DNA of 64,000 nucleotides from Chloroflexota bacterium (GTDB lineage Bacteria > Chloroflexota > Dehalococcoidia > SM23-28-2 > JACOUE01): the NCBI GenBank assembly GCA_016178045.1, contig JACOUE010000006.1:1067-65066 (forward strand), given 5' to 3'. Positions 48,248 through 56,877 of the stretch are shown piece by piece. The position numbers and the translations under genes were made by a program. The first letter of the stretch is position 1, and every line of letters begins with the position of its first letter. The notes beneath the pieces were generated by a model. That model was not told the DNA's origin. It saw only the letters and a list, made by a program, of their open reading frames with translations, and made no database searches.

Positions 48248-50456
48248 CGTCTGGGCGCGATCCGGTGGGCGGATACTGACCGCGGCCCCGGCGATAGGTG
48301 CGGGCGCTGCCGCCCTGCCCATGGTGGTGATGACGGATGTGCCTGGCCTCAGGGAGGTAGTCGCCTTCATTGCGCTCTTCCTGATCCCCGGGGCACTGAT
48401 CTTGTACCTGCTGCGTCTCCGTGACCTCGATCCATGGGAGTTGCTCGCTTACGCGTGTGGACTCAGCCTTGTCGTTGTGATGGCGCTGGGGCTGGCCTTG
48501 AACGGGCTCCGCGGCCTGGGCGTGGAGCGACCCCTGTCCTCGATGCCGGTGGCCGTAGCGGTAGGCGCGGCCACGGCTTGCCTGGCCGCTGTTGCCGCGC
48601 TGTGGCAGCGGGAGCTCCCCTCCGTGGGGGTACGCCCGGGCGAGCTTCTGAAGCCGTACACTACGTTGTGCCTGTTGCCGCCGGCTGTCGTAATTCTGGG
48701 GACCCAGCTGGCCAATGCCCGGCAGGATAATACCTTCCTGCTGGCCGCCATCGCCCTGCTGGCGCTGTTTCCTCTGGCGGCTTTTCTGCCCCGCCTCTTG
48801 CCGGAAAAGGCGTACCCCCTGGCGGTGGTGGCCATTTCCGTCTCGCTCCTTCTCCACCGGTCGCTCATCTCCCCCCGTCTGACAGGATTCGACATCCACG
48901 CGGAGTACTTCTTCGGAAGCCTGGTCTTGAAAGACGGATACTGGGACCAGTCGATCCCCAACGTCTACAACTCGATGCTCAGCCTCACCATCGTTCCGCC
49001 CATGTTCTCGGCCGTAGCCGATGTGGACCTCCTGTGGGTGTACAAGGCCGTGTATCCGCTGCTCTTCTCGCTCATGCCGCTCTCCCTCTTCCTGCTCTGG
49101 CGGAGGGCGGTGGGATCGCGGGCGGCGTTCCTGGCCGCCTGCTTCCTGATGTTCACGCAGCCCTTCTACCAGCTGATGCCGGGGATGGCCCGGATGGAGA
49201 TGGGGCTGCTGTTCGTCGCCCTTGTGCTGCTCACCCTGTCGGCGGGCTCGGGCCCGCAGGCCGTCGCCCTGCGGATCATCTTTGCCGGCGGGATGATCGT
49301 GTCCCACTACTCGGTGGCGTACTTCCTGATCCCCGCACTGGCCGCCGCCCCGGGCCTGAGCTGGCTCTACCGGCTGGCCCGCACACGCAGCTCCGGCCAG
49401 AACGCCGCTGCCCTAACCCCTGCCTTCCTCTCGCTGTTCCTCGCCTTTACGTTCTTCTGGTACGTCTACGTCTCCGCTGAGTCCGCGCCGTTCGACGACG
49501 CCGTGCGTACGCTGTCGGACCTCGGCCGCAAGCTCGGCCGCGACTTCTTCAGCCCCCAGGCCTCGCAGGGCCTCTACCTGGCGACGCAGTCGTTGACGCC
49601 CCTGCGAGACGTCGCCCGGTACCTGCACTTCGGGTTCCAGGGGCTTACGGTTATCGGCGTGGTCTGGGCCCTCCTCCGGTGGCGGCGGGGCCCCTTCCCC
49701 CCAGAGCTGACGGCGCTGGCCGTGCCCGCCCTGGCGGTGAACGCGGCGACCGTCGTCGTCCCCTACTTCGCCGCCGGCACCTTCGGCATGGAGCGGCTGC
49801 TGATGGGCACTCTCATATTCCTGGCGCCCTTCGCCGTGATGGGCGGCCTGGCCCTGTTCAGCGGCCTGGCCGTCCTGGGCCGGCTGGCGCTCGCCCTCGT
49901 CGGGATGCGGAACGTGCGCCTCCAGCCCGTCGCAGGCGTGGTTGCTGCGCTCCTCCTGGCGGCCGGGCTGGGCGCGTACCTGCTCTTCAATTCGGGCTTC
50001 GTCTACCAGGTCGCGGGCGAGCGGCCGAACGCGGTACCCCTTTCCCGCGGATGGATGGCGGCCAGCGCCAACGCCGACGAAAAGCTGTCCTTCTTCGCGA
50101 TCTACCCGCCGCTGGAGGACTTCGCCGCCGGGGAGTGGCTGGGCGGGCAGCGGGCGCCGGGAATCCCCGTTTACGCCGACCTCGACGGTTGGGCCTACGT
50201 CCTCAGGGAGTGGATACCACAGCGGGAGATGTCGTCGCTGGACCCCGACCGTCTGCCGCAGAAGTCGGGTTACGTCTTCCTTCGCTACCTCAACACTAAA
50301 CACGGCATCATGGCGCCGCCGCCTTATGAGGGCTGGGAGGGCGTCGAGGGACACGGCTGGTGGCTTCTCCGCGACATGACGCCTTGGACGGAGGAAGCGA
50401 ACCTCATCTACGCCAACGGTACGGCTAAAGTGTACCTCTCGCGGCCGGGCGAGTGA
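48231..50456 (+). CDS. Large polytopic membrane protein with a C-terminal soluble domain (DUF2206-like/GT-C-like); candidate glycan polymerase or transferase
   Basis: 741 aa. About 14 or more hydrophobic segments fill the first 600 aa, followed by a roughly 130-aa hydrophilic tail. The first predicted external loop carries the acidic motif RDLDPWE. Confidence 0.55.
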   Translation: MELANNVWARSGGRILTAAPAIGAGAAALPMVVMTDVPGLREVVAFIALFLIPGALILYLLRLRDLDPWELLAYACGLSLVVVMALGLALNGLRGLGVERPLSSMPVAVAVGAATACLAAVAALWQRELPSVGVRPGELLKPYTTLCLLPPAVVILGTQLANARQDNTFLLAAIALLALFPLAAFLPRLLPEKAYPLAVVAISVSLLLHRSLISPRLTGFDIHAEYFFGSLVLKDGYWDQSIPNVYNSMLSLTIVPPMFSAVADVDLLWVYKAVYPLLFSLMPLSLFLLWRRAVGSRAAFLAACFLMFTQPFYQLMPGMARMEMGLLFVALVLLTLSAGSGPQAVALRIIFAGGMIVSHYSVAYFLIPALAAAPGLSWLYRLARTRSSGQNAAALTPAFLSLFLAFTFFWYVYVSAESAPFDDAVRTLSDLGRKLGRDFFSPQASQGLYLATQSLTPLRDVARYLHFGFQGLTVIGVVWALLRWRRGPFPPELTALAVPALAVNAATVVVPYFAAGTFGMERLLMGTLIFLAPFAVMGGLALFSGLAVLGRLALALVGMRNVRLQPVAGVVAALLLAAGLGAYLLFNSGFVYQVAGERPNAVPLSRGWMAASANADEKLSFFAIYPPLEDFAAGEWLGGQRAPGIPVYADLDGWAYVLREWIPQREMSSLDPDRLPQKSGYVFLRYLNTKHGIMAPPPYEGWEGVEGHGWWLLRDMTPWTEEANLIYANGTAKVYLSRPGE

Positions 50457-51289
50457 TGCAGGTGTTCGAGGCGCTCCACGGCTCTTCCTGTCCGGTGGCC
50501 ATCGTCACCGGGGCGTCCAGCGGCATCGGCCGGGAGACGGCGCTCCTGCTGGGCCGGCGGGGATACTGCGTCGGGCTGCTGGCGCGGCGGCTGGAGCGGC
50601 TGGAGCAGGTGGCCGAGGAGGTCATTGCCGCCGGCGGCGCCGCCGCTCCCCTCCCGACCGACGTGGCCAGCCGCGTCCAGGTCAACCGGGCGGTGGAGGC
50701 TATCGTCAGGCGCTGGGGGCGCGTCGACCTGCTGGTGAACAACGCCGGGTTCGGCGTCTACGGCCTGGTGTCGGAATGCGAGCCGGCCGACTTCGAGCGG
50801 CAGGTGCAGGTCAACTACCTGGGCGCCGTCTACTGCACCCTGGCGGCGCTACCCACCATGCTCCAGCAGGAGTCGGGCTGCATCATCAACGTCTCGTCGA
50901 TATCCGGGAAGGTGCCGTCGCCGCTCTCGGCCGGGTACTGCGCCAGCAAGTCGGCTCTGGGGGCGTTCTCGGCTGCTCTGCGGATGGAGCTGCGGGGCCG
51001 CGGCGTCTCCGTGGTGACCGTGTGTCCCGGCTACAGCGAGGGGGAGTTCGACGAGGCGATGGTCAAGCGCCGGCCCCTGGAGCGGCGCAACCTGCTGCGA
51101 CCGGTCGCGGCGGCTTCCGTGGCGCGCACGATCGTCCGGGCGGCCGAGCGGCCGCGGCGGGAGCTGGTCACGCCGTCCGCCCTCAGGCTCCTGGCCCTCG
51201 GCTATCACGTTATGCCGGGGCTCATCGACTGGTGGCAGTCGAAGTTCCGCAACGGCCCCGGCGAGGCGCGGGGAGACAGCGATGGCTGA
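50453..51289 (+). CDS. Short-chain dehydrogenase/reductase
   Basis: 278 aa. Has VTGASSGIGRE, NNAG, a catalytic Ser and YCASK (YxxxK), all intact. Confidence 0.8.
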   Translation: MMQVFEALHGSSCPVAIVTGASSGIGRETALLLGRRGYCVGLLARRLERLEQVAEEVIAAGGAAAPLPTDVASRVQVNRAVEAIVRRWGRVDLLVNNAGFGVYGLVSECEPADFERQVQVNYLGAVYCTLAALPTMLQQESGCIINVSSISGKVPSPLSAGYCASKSALGAFSAALRMELRGRGVSVVTVCPGYSEGEFDEAMVKRRPLERRNLLRPVAAASVARTIVRAAERPRRELVTPSALRLLALGYHVMPGLIDWWQSKFRNGPGEARGDSDG

Positions 51290-52475
51290 GGGGCTGCTCG
51301 TAGTCGTCCCCAACTTCGAGTTCGCGCCCGGGAAGTGGATGGGGCCCAACTTCCTGCTGTCGGTCCTCCGGAGTCCCTCTTTTCGTGATTTGGGCGTCGA
51401 GGTGCACGTGGTCTCCCGCGGCGACAGGGACGGCTACTGCGATCAGGGGCGCCTCAAGCTCCACAAGGTCGCCTCAGCGTCACGTTCGGCGGAGCCGTTC
51501 GACCGGTACGGGAATTGGTGGAGCGGGCAGGGGCGGAAGCCTATGCTCCCCGAGGCGTGTGCCCGCCTCCGCGATGCCGCGAGGGTGGCGGGGCGGGTGT
51601 GGGGCCTCCTCCCCCGCGTGAGGTCCGTCCTCTGGTGGACGGAGCCGCACCCGCCGTTCGGGAACCTGGTGCGGGCCGCCGCCGGGCGCCGGGGGATAAG
51701 GAGCGTGTTCACCCTCGCCAACTACCAGCCCTCCTTCCCGATGCACGATGCGCTGCTGCGGGGCGCCCTCGGCGGCTTCGACCGGGTCGTCGCGCCCTGC
51801 CGCGCCCTGGAACAGCGCCTGGCCGCCATCGGCGTGCTACCCGGGAAGCTGACTACCGTCCCCCTGGGCGTGGACCTGGAGCGGTGGCAGCCCGTCTGCC
51901 CGGAGGAGAAGACCCGGCTGAGGAGGTCGTACGGGGTAAGCGAGGACGCGGTGGTGGTGCTGTGGTTCGGCCCCATCATCCCGCCGGCCCGACCCGAAGA
52001 CGTGCACTTCCTCCTGGAGGCCCTCCCCCGCGTCCGGCGACAGGTGCCACGGGCGAGCTTCGTGTTCGCCTTCAAGTACGGCGTGCCCCATGACCTCGTC
52101 CAGCGCCAGCCCTGGGTAAGGGCCTTCGACCGCTACGGGGACGTGGGCGACCTGTACCGCCTGGCGGACGTTGCGGCGGTGCCCTTCACCGCCGGGGGCC
52201 CCTGGATAACGACGCCCCTGTCCATGCTGGAGGCGATGGCCTGCGCCCTGCCGGTCGTGACCCTGCGAAGACCCTGCCTTGAGGAGGTGGTGGGCGACGG
52301 CGAAGGCGGCCTGCTGGTGGACCGGCGGGACGACTTCGCGGAGGCGGTGGGCGACCTCTGCTCCGACAGAGCCCGCCTGGAGGAGCTGTCGGGTTCGGCG
52401 CGGCGGCGGGCCGAGCGGGAGTTCGACGTCGCCGACGCGGCGCGCCGCTACGCCCGGCTGCTGCTGGAGGGCTGA
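51282..52475 (+). CDS. GT-B glycosyltransferase
   Basis: 397 aa. The C-domain reads PLSMLEAMACALPVVTLRRPCLEEVVGDGEGGLLV. Confidence 0.7.
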   Translation: MAEGLLVVVPNFEFAPGKWMGPNFLLSVLRSPSFRDLGVEVHVVSRGDRDGYCDQGRLKLHKVASASRSAEPFDRYGNWWSGQGRKPMLPEACARLRDAARVAGRVWGLLPRVRSVLWWTEPHPPFGNLVRAAAGRRGIRSVFTLANYQPSFPMHDALLRGALGGFDRVVAPCRALEQRLAAIGVLPGKLTTVPLGVDLERWQPVCPEEKTRLRRSYGVSEDAVVVLWFGPIIPPARPEDVHFLLEALPRVRRQVPRASFVFAFKYGVPHDLVQRQPWVRAFDRYGDVGDLYRLADVAAVPFTAGGPWITTPLSMLEAMACALPVVTLRRPCLEEVVGDGEGGLLVDRRDDFAEAVGDLCSDRARLEELSGSARRRAEREFDVADAARRYARLLLEG

Positions 52476-52477
52476 GG

Positions 52478-53548
52478 GTGGCAGGGGATTCGCTGAAGCG
52501 CTACGTGCTCGTGCCGGGGCTCCTGGAGGTGGTGAGCAACGCGGGCAGCATCCCCGGCTTCCTCACACCGCTGTACTCGTCACCGGCTGAGGATCCGGCC
52601 GAAGTCAGCCTCACCTTCAAGGTCGCGCCGCAAGCGACGGAGCCGACAGCCGGCGGAGTCGCGTTCGGGTTCATCCGCGGCGAGCCAGATGGCGACGACG
52701 TCGCGTACGACTCGCGGCTGCTGGGGCCGTGGGGCGCCCGCCTTCGCCTGCGGGGCCTGCAAAACGGGCCCGAGCTGTCGGTAAGCGGGGCGTACGCGGC
52801 GCTGGCGCGGGTCCGGGTCGGAAACCTGCTGCCGCCGGGAGAGCACCTGAGCGACGTGGCCCAAGTCAAGCTCCTCCAGGGCGGGCGGACGCTGGTGCAC
52901 GCGGCGTCCGCGGCCATCGACGGCAAGGGCGTGCTGTTGGCGGGCCCGGGCGGCAGCGGCAAGACGGCGACCGTCATGGGCCTGGTCGATCGGGGCGCGG
53001 CCTTTCTGGCGGAGGACGTTTCCATCACCGACGGCGAGCGCCTCTGGGGCCTTCCCCGGACGAGGAGCTGCCTCTGGGACGCGGACCCGCGCGGACTGCC
53101 GAGAGCGAAGCAGGGGCAGCGGCTGGCGGCGCGGCTTTTCCGCGGCGCGCTCGCCCTGTCTCCGGCTGCGGGCCTCATCCTGCCGCCGCCCTCGGCCGGG
53201 TCCCTGCCGCGGGACCGCGTGGAAACGCAGGCGCCTCTCCGCTTCGTCTTCGTCCTGGGCCGGGGGCCCGGCAAGTTCGAGCCGCTACCGGCCCGAGAGG
53301 CGCTCCGCAGGCTGCTGCTGATCAACCGGTACGAGTTCTCCTGGTACGAGAACCCGCTGCTGGTGGGCTACGCCGCCCTCAACCGCTGGCTGGACCTCGG
53401 CGGGTTGATGAGGCAGGAGGAGAAAGTGCTGGCCGAAGCGACCCGAAACGCCGAATGCTTCCTCTGCCAGGCGCCCGAGCCGGCCGAAATGGTCGAGCCG
53501 ATACTGAGCGTCGTGAAGGACGAGAGGGCATGGCCCGCCGCCCGCTGA
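52478..53548 (+). CDS. HPr-kinase-C-terminal-like P-loop protein
   Basis: 356 aa. GVLLAGPGGSGKTATVMGLVDRGAAFLAEDVSI parallels the HprK pattern GVLIxGxSGxGKSxxALxLIxRGHxLVADD. The N-terminal roughly 150 aa are unassigned. Confidence 0.5.
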   Translation: MAGDSLKRYVLVPGLLEVVSNAGSIPGFLTPLYSSPAEDPAEVSLTFKVAPQATEPTAGGVAFGFIRGEPDGDDVAYDSRLLGPWGARLRLRGLQNGPELSVSGAYAALARVRVGNLLPPGEHLSDVAQVKLLQGGRTLVHAASAAIDGKGVLLAGPGGSGKTATVMGLVDRGAAFLAEDVSITDGERLWGLPRTRSCLWDADPRGLPRAKQGQRLAARLFRGALALSPAAGLILPPPSAGSLPRDRVETQAPLRFVFVLGRGPGKFEPLPAREALRRLLLINRYEFSWYENPLLVGYAALNRWLDLGGLMRQEEKVLAEATRNAECFLCQAPEPAEMVEPILSVVKDERAWPAAR

Positions 53549-54252
53549 CCGTCGCTTTCCTGGGCATCCACGGCTCCGGCAAGACCACCCAGGCCCGCCT
53601 CCTGTGCGGGGCCCTCCGGGAGCGGGGGATCACGGCGCGATACGTGCACCACCTGGCGGCAGGGAGCCGGGTCGGGCGCTGGACGGAACGGCACGTTGCG
53701 CGGCCGATCCTGGCCGCTTCCTCCCGCCTGCTCGGCGGGCGGCCCGGAGACAGGCCACGCCCCGCCGCGCCTGCCGGGCGCGCCCTGCGGCGGGCGCTGG
53801 CGACGCTGACGGCAGCGCGCGGCGTCGTCCGCTTCCAACACGTCGACGCTGGGGCGGCGGTCGTCGCCTTCGACCGGCACGCGTACGACAGCATGGCGCG
53901 GGCGCGCTGGCTGTACGGCGTGCCGGCCCTCGGCGAGCGGTGGCTGCTGCGCCGGACGCCGATGCCGGGTCTGATCGTTTTCCTGGACGCGGAGCCGCAG
54001 GACGCGTGCCGGAGGCACAAGGGACAGGAGTGGTCTGCCTCCCAGCTGGAGCGGCAGGCGGCCGCCTACCGCGAGTTTATGCGACTGCTCCGGACCGAGA
54101 ATCGGGGCGTGCCGGTGTACACCGTGCCCGCTCATCTACCCGTCGAGCAGGTCCACGCGGAGGTCCTCGCGGCCGTGATGCGTCTCCTGGGCCCGGCGGG
54201 CCGGAGCCGGCCAGCGGCGGCGACCCCTACGCCCGGCGGAACCGCTCGCTGA
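53530..54252 (+). CDS. Thymidylate-kinase-like P-loop nucleotide/nucleoside kinase family protein
   Basis: ATG at residue 268 of track ORF 52729..54252. MARRPLTVAFLGIHGSGKTTQARLL resembles the dTMP-kinase P-loop (GxDGxGKTT). Has a later FDRH and an LIVFLD stretch. It is the last gene of the plus-strand operon. Confidence 0.5.
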   Translation: MARRPLTVAFLGIHGSGKTTQARLLCGALRERGITARYVHHLAAGSRVGRWTERHVARPILAASSRLLGGRPGDRPRPAAPAGRALRRALATLTAARGVVRFQHVDAGAAVVAFDRHAYDSMARARWLYGVPALGERWLLRRTPMPGLIVFLDAEPQDACRRHKGQEWSASQLERQAAAYREFMRLLRTENRGVPVYTVPAHLPVEQVHAEVLAAVMRLLGPAGRSRPAAATPTPGGTAR

Positions 54253-54919
54253 CGATGACCAGCCAGTCAATCAAGCCCTGGCGCAGGTCGTGCGTCTTGC
54301 TGGCGCCGTTGATGCGGCCGCCGTCGTGGTGGGGGACCTCCAGCACCTTCAGATCCGCCTTCTTGACCTTGACCGCCAGCTCCTGCTCCATGGCGAAGCC
54401 GTCGTAGCGCAGGTTGAGGCGCTGAAAGGCGCTCTTCCAGAAGGCGTTGTAGCCGGAGCAGACATCCGTGTAGCGGGTCCCGAAGAGCAGGTTGCAGGTG
54501 GAGGCTAGCACTTTGTTGCCGAACCATCTCCGCCGGGACATGGCCGGCGGCCGGCCGTCCGTCAGGCGGCTGCCCCGGACGAAGTCGTAGCCCGCCAACA
54601 GCGGCCCGATGAAGCGGGGGAGGTCGGCGGGATGGGTCTCGCCGTCGGCGTCCAGCGTCACAATGATGTCGCCCCTCGCCTCCTCCACGCCGCGGCGGAG
54701 GGCGATCCCCTTGCCCCGGCCCGGCTGGCGCACGATACGGATGCCGGGCCGCAGCGCCCGCGCCACTTCCACGGTGCGGTCGCCGGAGTGGCCATCCACT
54801 AAGATCACTTCGTCGACGTAGTCGGGGATCTGGGGGAGGACGTGGGGCAGGTTCCGCTCCTCGTCGAGGGCGCAGATGAGCACGCTGGTCTTCGGCCGGG
54901 AGGGCGTCGGTCCGGGCAC
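54227..54919 (-). CDS. GT2 glycosyltransferase, polyprenyl-phosphate sugar synthase-like (DPM1/GtrB-like)
   Basis: 230 aa. Has SVLICALDEERNLPHVL, LVDGHSGDRT and VTLDADGE (DxD). Its 3' end overlaps the convergent plus-strand operon by 26 nt. Confidence 0.75.
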   Translation of the reverse strand: MPGPTPSRPKTSVLICALDEERNLPHVLPQIPDYVDEVILVDGHSGDRTVEVARALRPGIRIVRQPGRGKGIALRRGVEEARGDIIVTLDADGETHPADLPRFIGPLLAGYDFVRGSRLTDGRPPAMSRRRWFGNKVLASTCNLLFGTRYTDVCSGYNAFWKSAFQRLNLRYDGFAMEQELAVKVKKADLKVLEVPHHDGGRINGASKTHDLRQGLIDWLVIVSERFRRA

Positions 54920-54928
54920 GGCCTGGGG

Positions 54929-55879
54929 CTACTTCTTTTCGCCGAGGAGGCGGCGGGTGGCGATGCGCACGGCTTCGGCGGAGGAGTGCTTCGGCTCCCA
55001 GCCCAGGCGCCTCAGCTTGCTCATGTCGAACCGGATTTCCGGTACGTCGCCCGGCCAGCCCCGCTCGCCGCCGGTGTAGCGGATGCGGACGTCCTTCCGG
55101 CCCGTCTCCTGGACGATGATGCGGGCCACCTCGGCTACCCGCAGGGGCGACTCGCTGGCCATGTTAAACACCTGGCACTGGCTGTGGTTGGCGTTCCGGT
55201 AGGCGTAGAGGACGCCCTCCAGCCACTCCTCGATCAGGAGGTAGCTCTTCACCTGCTTGCCGTCGCCCAGCACCTCAAGCTCCGTCGGGTCGCGCTGCAG
55301 CTTGTCCAGCAGGTCGCGGATGACGCCGCGGCCCATCCGCGCCCCGACGATCTGGCCGCAGCGGAAGATCCAGGCGTGGATGTCGAACAGGTGGCAGTAG
55401 GCGCTGACGAGGGCCTCGCAGGCGAGCTTGGCCGCCCCGTAGAGGGAGATGGGCAGGTTGGGGCCGGCCGACTCGGGGATGGGCTGGCTGCCGAGCTCGC
55501 CGTAGATAGTGCCGCTGGAGGTGAACACGATCTTCTTCACGCCGTTCGCCCTCATCGCCTCCAGGACGTTGTAGGTGGCGACGGTGCAGTTCTCCAGGTC
55601 CAGGCGGGTGTCGTCCGTGCCGCTGCGCACGTCGGCGCTGGCGCCCAGGTGGAAGACGAGGCTGTGGCCCCGCATCGCCTCGGCCAGGGCCTGCGGGTCG
55701 AGGAGGTCGCCCTGGACGAAGGTGAAGCGGGGGTCGTCCAGACAGTGCTGGATCGACGCCCGCCGGCCCCAGCGGAGGTTGTCGAAGCCGGTGACGGTGC
55801 ACCCCTCGCGCAGGAGTCCCTCGACTAGGTGGCTGCCTATGAATCCGGCGGCACCGGTGACAAAGCAGCGTTCTTCCAC
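54929..55879 (-). CDS. NAD-dependent sugar-nucleotide epimerase (UDP-glucose 4-epimerase-like extended SDR)
   Basis: 316 aa with GGGAGG SD. Has FVTGAAGFIGSHLV, FTSSGTIYG and YGAAK. Confidence 0.85.
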   Translation of the reverse strand: MEERCFVTGAAGFIGSHLVEGLLREGCTVTGFDNLRWGRRASIQHCLDDPRFTFVQGDLLDPQALAEAMRGHSLVFHLGASADVRSGTDDTRLDLENCTVATYNVLEAMRANGVKKIVFTSSGTIYGELGSQPIPESAGPNLPISLYGAAKLACEALVSAYCHLFDIHAWIFRCGQIVGARMGRGVIRDLLDKLQRDPTELEVLGDGKQVKSYLLIEEWLEGVLYAYRNANHSQCQVFNMASESPLRVAEVARIIVQETGRKDVRIRYTGGERGWPGDVPEIRFDMSKLRRLGWEPKHSSAEAVRIATRRLLGEKK

Positions 55880-55881
55880 TG

Positions 55882-56874
55882 CTAACCTCCCTTCCTGGTG
55901 ACGACAGACAGAGCTCTATGGAACAGACTGGACAAGGCCTCGCTGGAATAGCCAAGGGCGACGAACGATAAGGCCAGTGCTAACGTCCACAGGGTGCGGA
56001 GGGCACGGCCGGGGCGTCCGGCAAAGCCGGCCAAGGTTCTGGGGAGCAGTCCTCTCAGGATGCGCGTTAGCAGTCGCCGTTCTACCGAAAGGAAGTCGTC
56101 CTTCAGACCGTATTCCTTGGCCAGCCTCCCCAGCCTGCTCCGGGTATAGCCCGTCCAGTAGGAAGTCTTGCTGATCCACTTCGCCGAGAGGCGCTTGGCG
56201 GGGACGCGGTGCAGAACCCTGACGCTGGGGTCGTATACGATGCGTCTGCCCGTGGCCTTTCGCACTCGCAGGGAGAGCTCTACCTCCTCCCCGTGGAGCC
56301 GGTTGCCGTGGATGCTCCCGATGTCTTCAGAGAAACCGTCGGCCGCCGTCAGCGCCTCCCGCCTGAACGCCATGTTCATCCCCCAGGCGTTGCGGACGTC
56401 GCGGAGGCCGTCCGCCTCCAGCCAGCCGGTGCAGCCGACGATCCACAGTAGCTCCGCGGGAAACCAGCTGCCCCCGCCGTCGAGCCATAGGGGAAGGGCG
56501 GGACCCGTGACCCCTACAACGCTCGGGTCTGAGAAACGGCTGAGCAGACGGCTGGCCCAGTCGCGTGTGGCGACGGCATCGTCGTCGATGAACGCTATCA
56601 CTTCGCCGCGGGCGCGGCGGCGGCCCAGGTCCCGGGCGGCGGAGATGCCGGGCGGGCCCTGGTGGAAGAGGGTGCGCACGTTGCGGAGGCCGCGAGCGGT
56701 TCCGTACGCGGCGACAGAACGGCACAGCTCGGCCTCCTTCTCGCCTACGAAGACGACTTCGAAGTCGCGGAAGGTCTGCGCCTGGAGACTCTCGAGCAGG
56801 TCGAGCAGGTCGTGCAGCCGCTCCAGGCTGTAGCTCGTGACCACGATCGACAGATGGGCGCTCCGGTACCCCAC
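55882..56874 (-). CDS. GT2 family glycosyltransferase with C-terminal membrane segment(s)
   Basis: 330 aa. Has LSIVVTSYS, IAFIDDDA (DxD) and the GMNMAFRR motif, with a hydrophobic C-terminus. Confidence 0.75.
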   Translation of the reverse strand: MGYRSAHLSIVVTSYSLERLHDLLDLLESLQAQTFRDFEVVFVGEKEAELCRSVAAYGTARGLRNVRTLFHQGPPGISAARDLGRRRARGEVIAFIDDDAVATRDWASRLLSRFSDPSVVGVTGPALPLWLDGGGSWFPAELLWIVGCTGWLEADGLRDVRNAWGMNMAFRREALTAADGFSEDIGSIHGNRLHGEEVELSLRVRKATGRRIVYDPSVRVLHRVPAKRLSAKWISKTSYWTGYTRSRLGRLAKEYGLKDDFLSVERRLLTRILRGLLPRTLAGFAGRPGRALRTLWTLALALSFVALGYSSEALSSLFHRALSVVTRKGG

Positions 56875-56877
56875 TCC

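Noticed and set aside
52729-53529. N-terminal 267 residues of the 507-aa track ORF 52729..54252.
   Set aside because: This part is Arg/Gly/Pro-rich and lies out of frame over the well-supported HprK-like gene. The real gene starts at the internal ATG (MARRPLTVAFLGIHGSGKTT).
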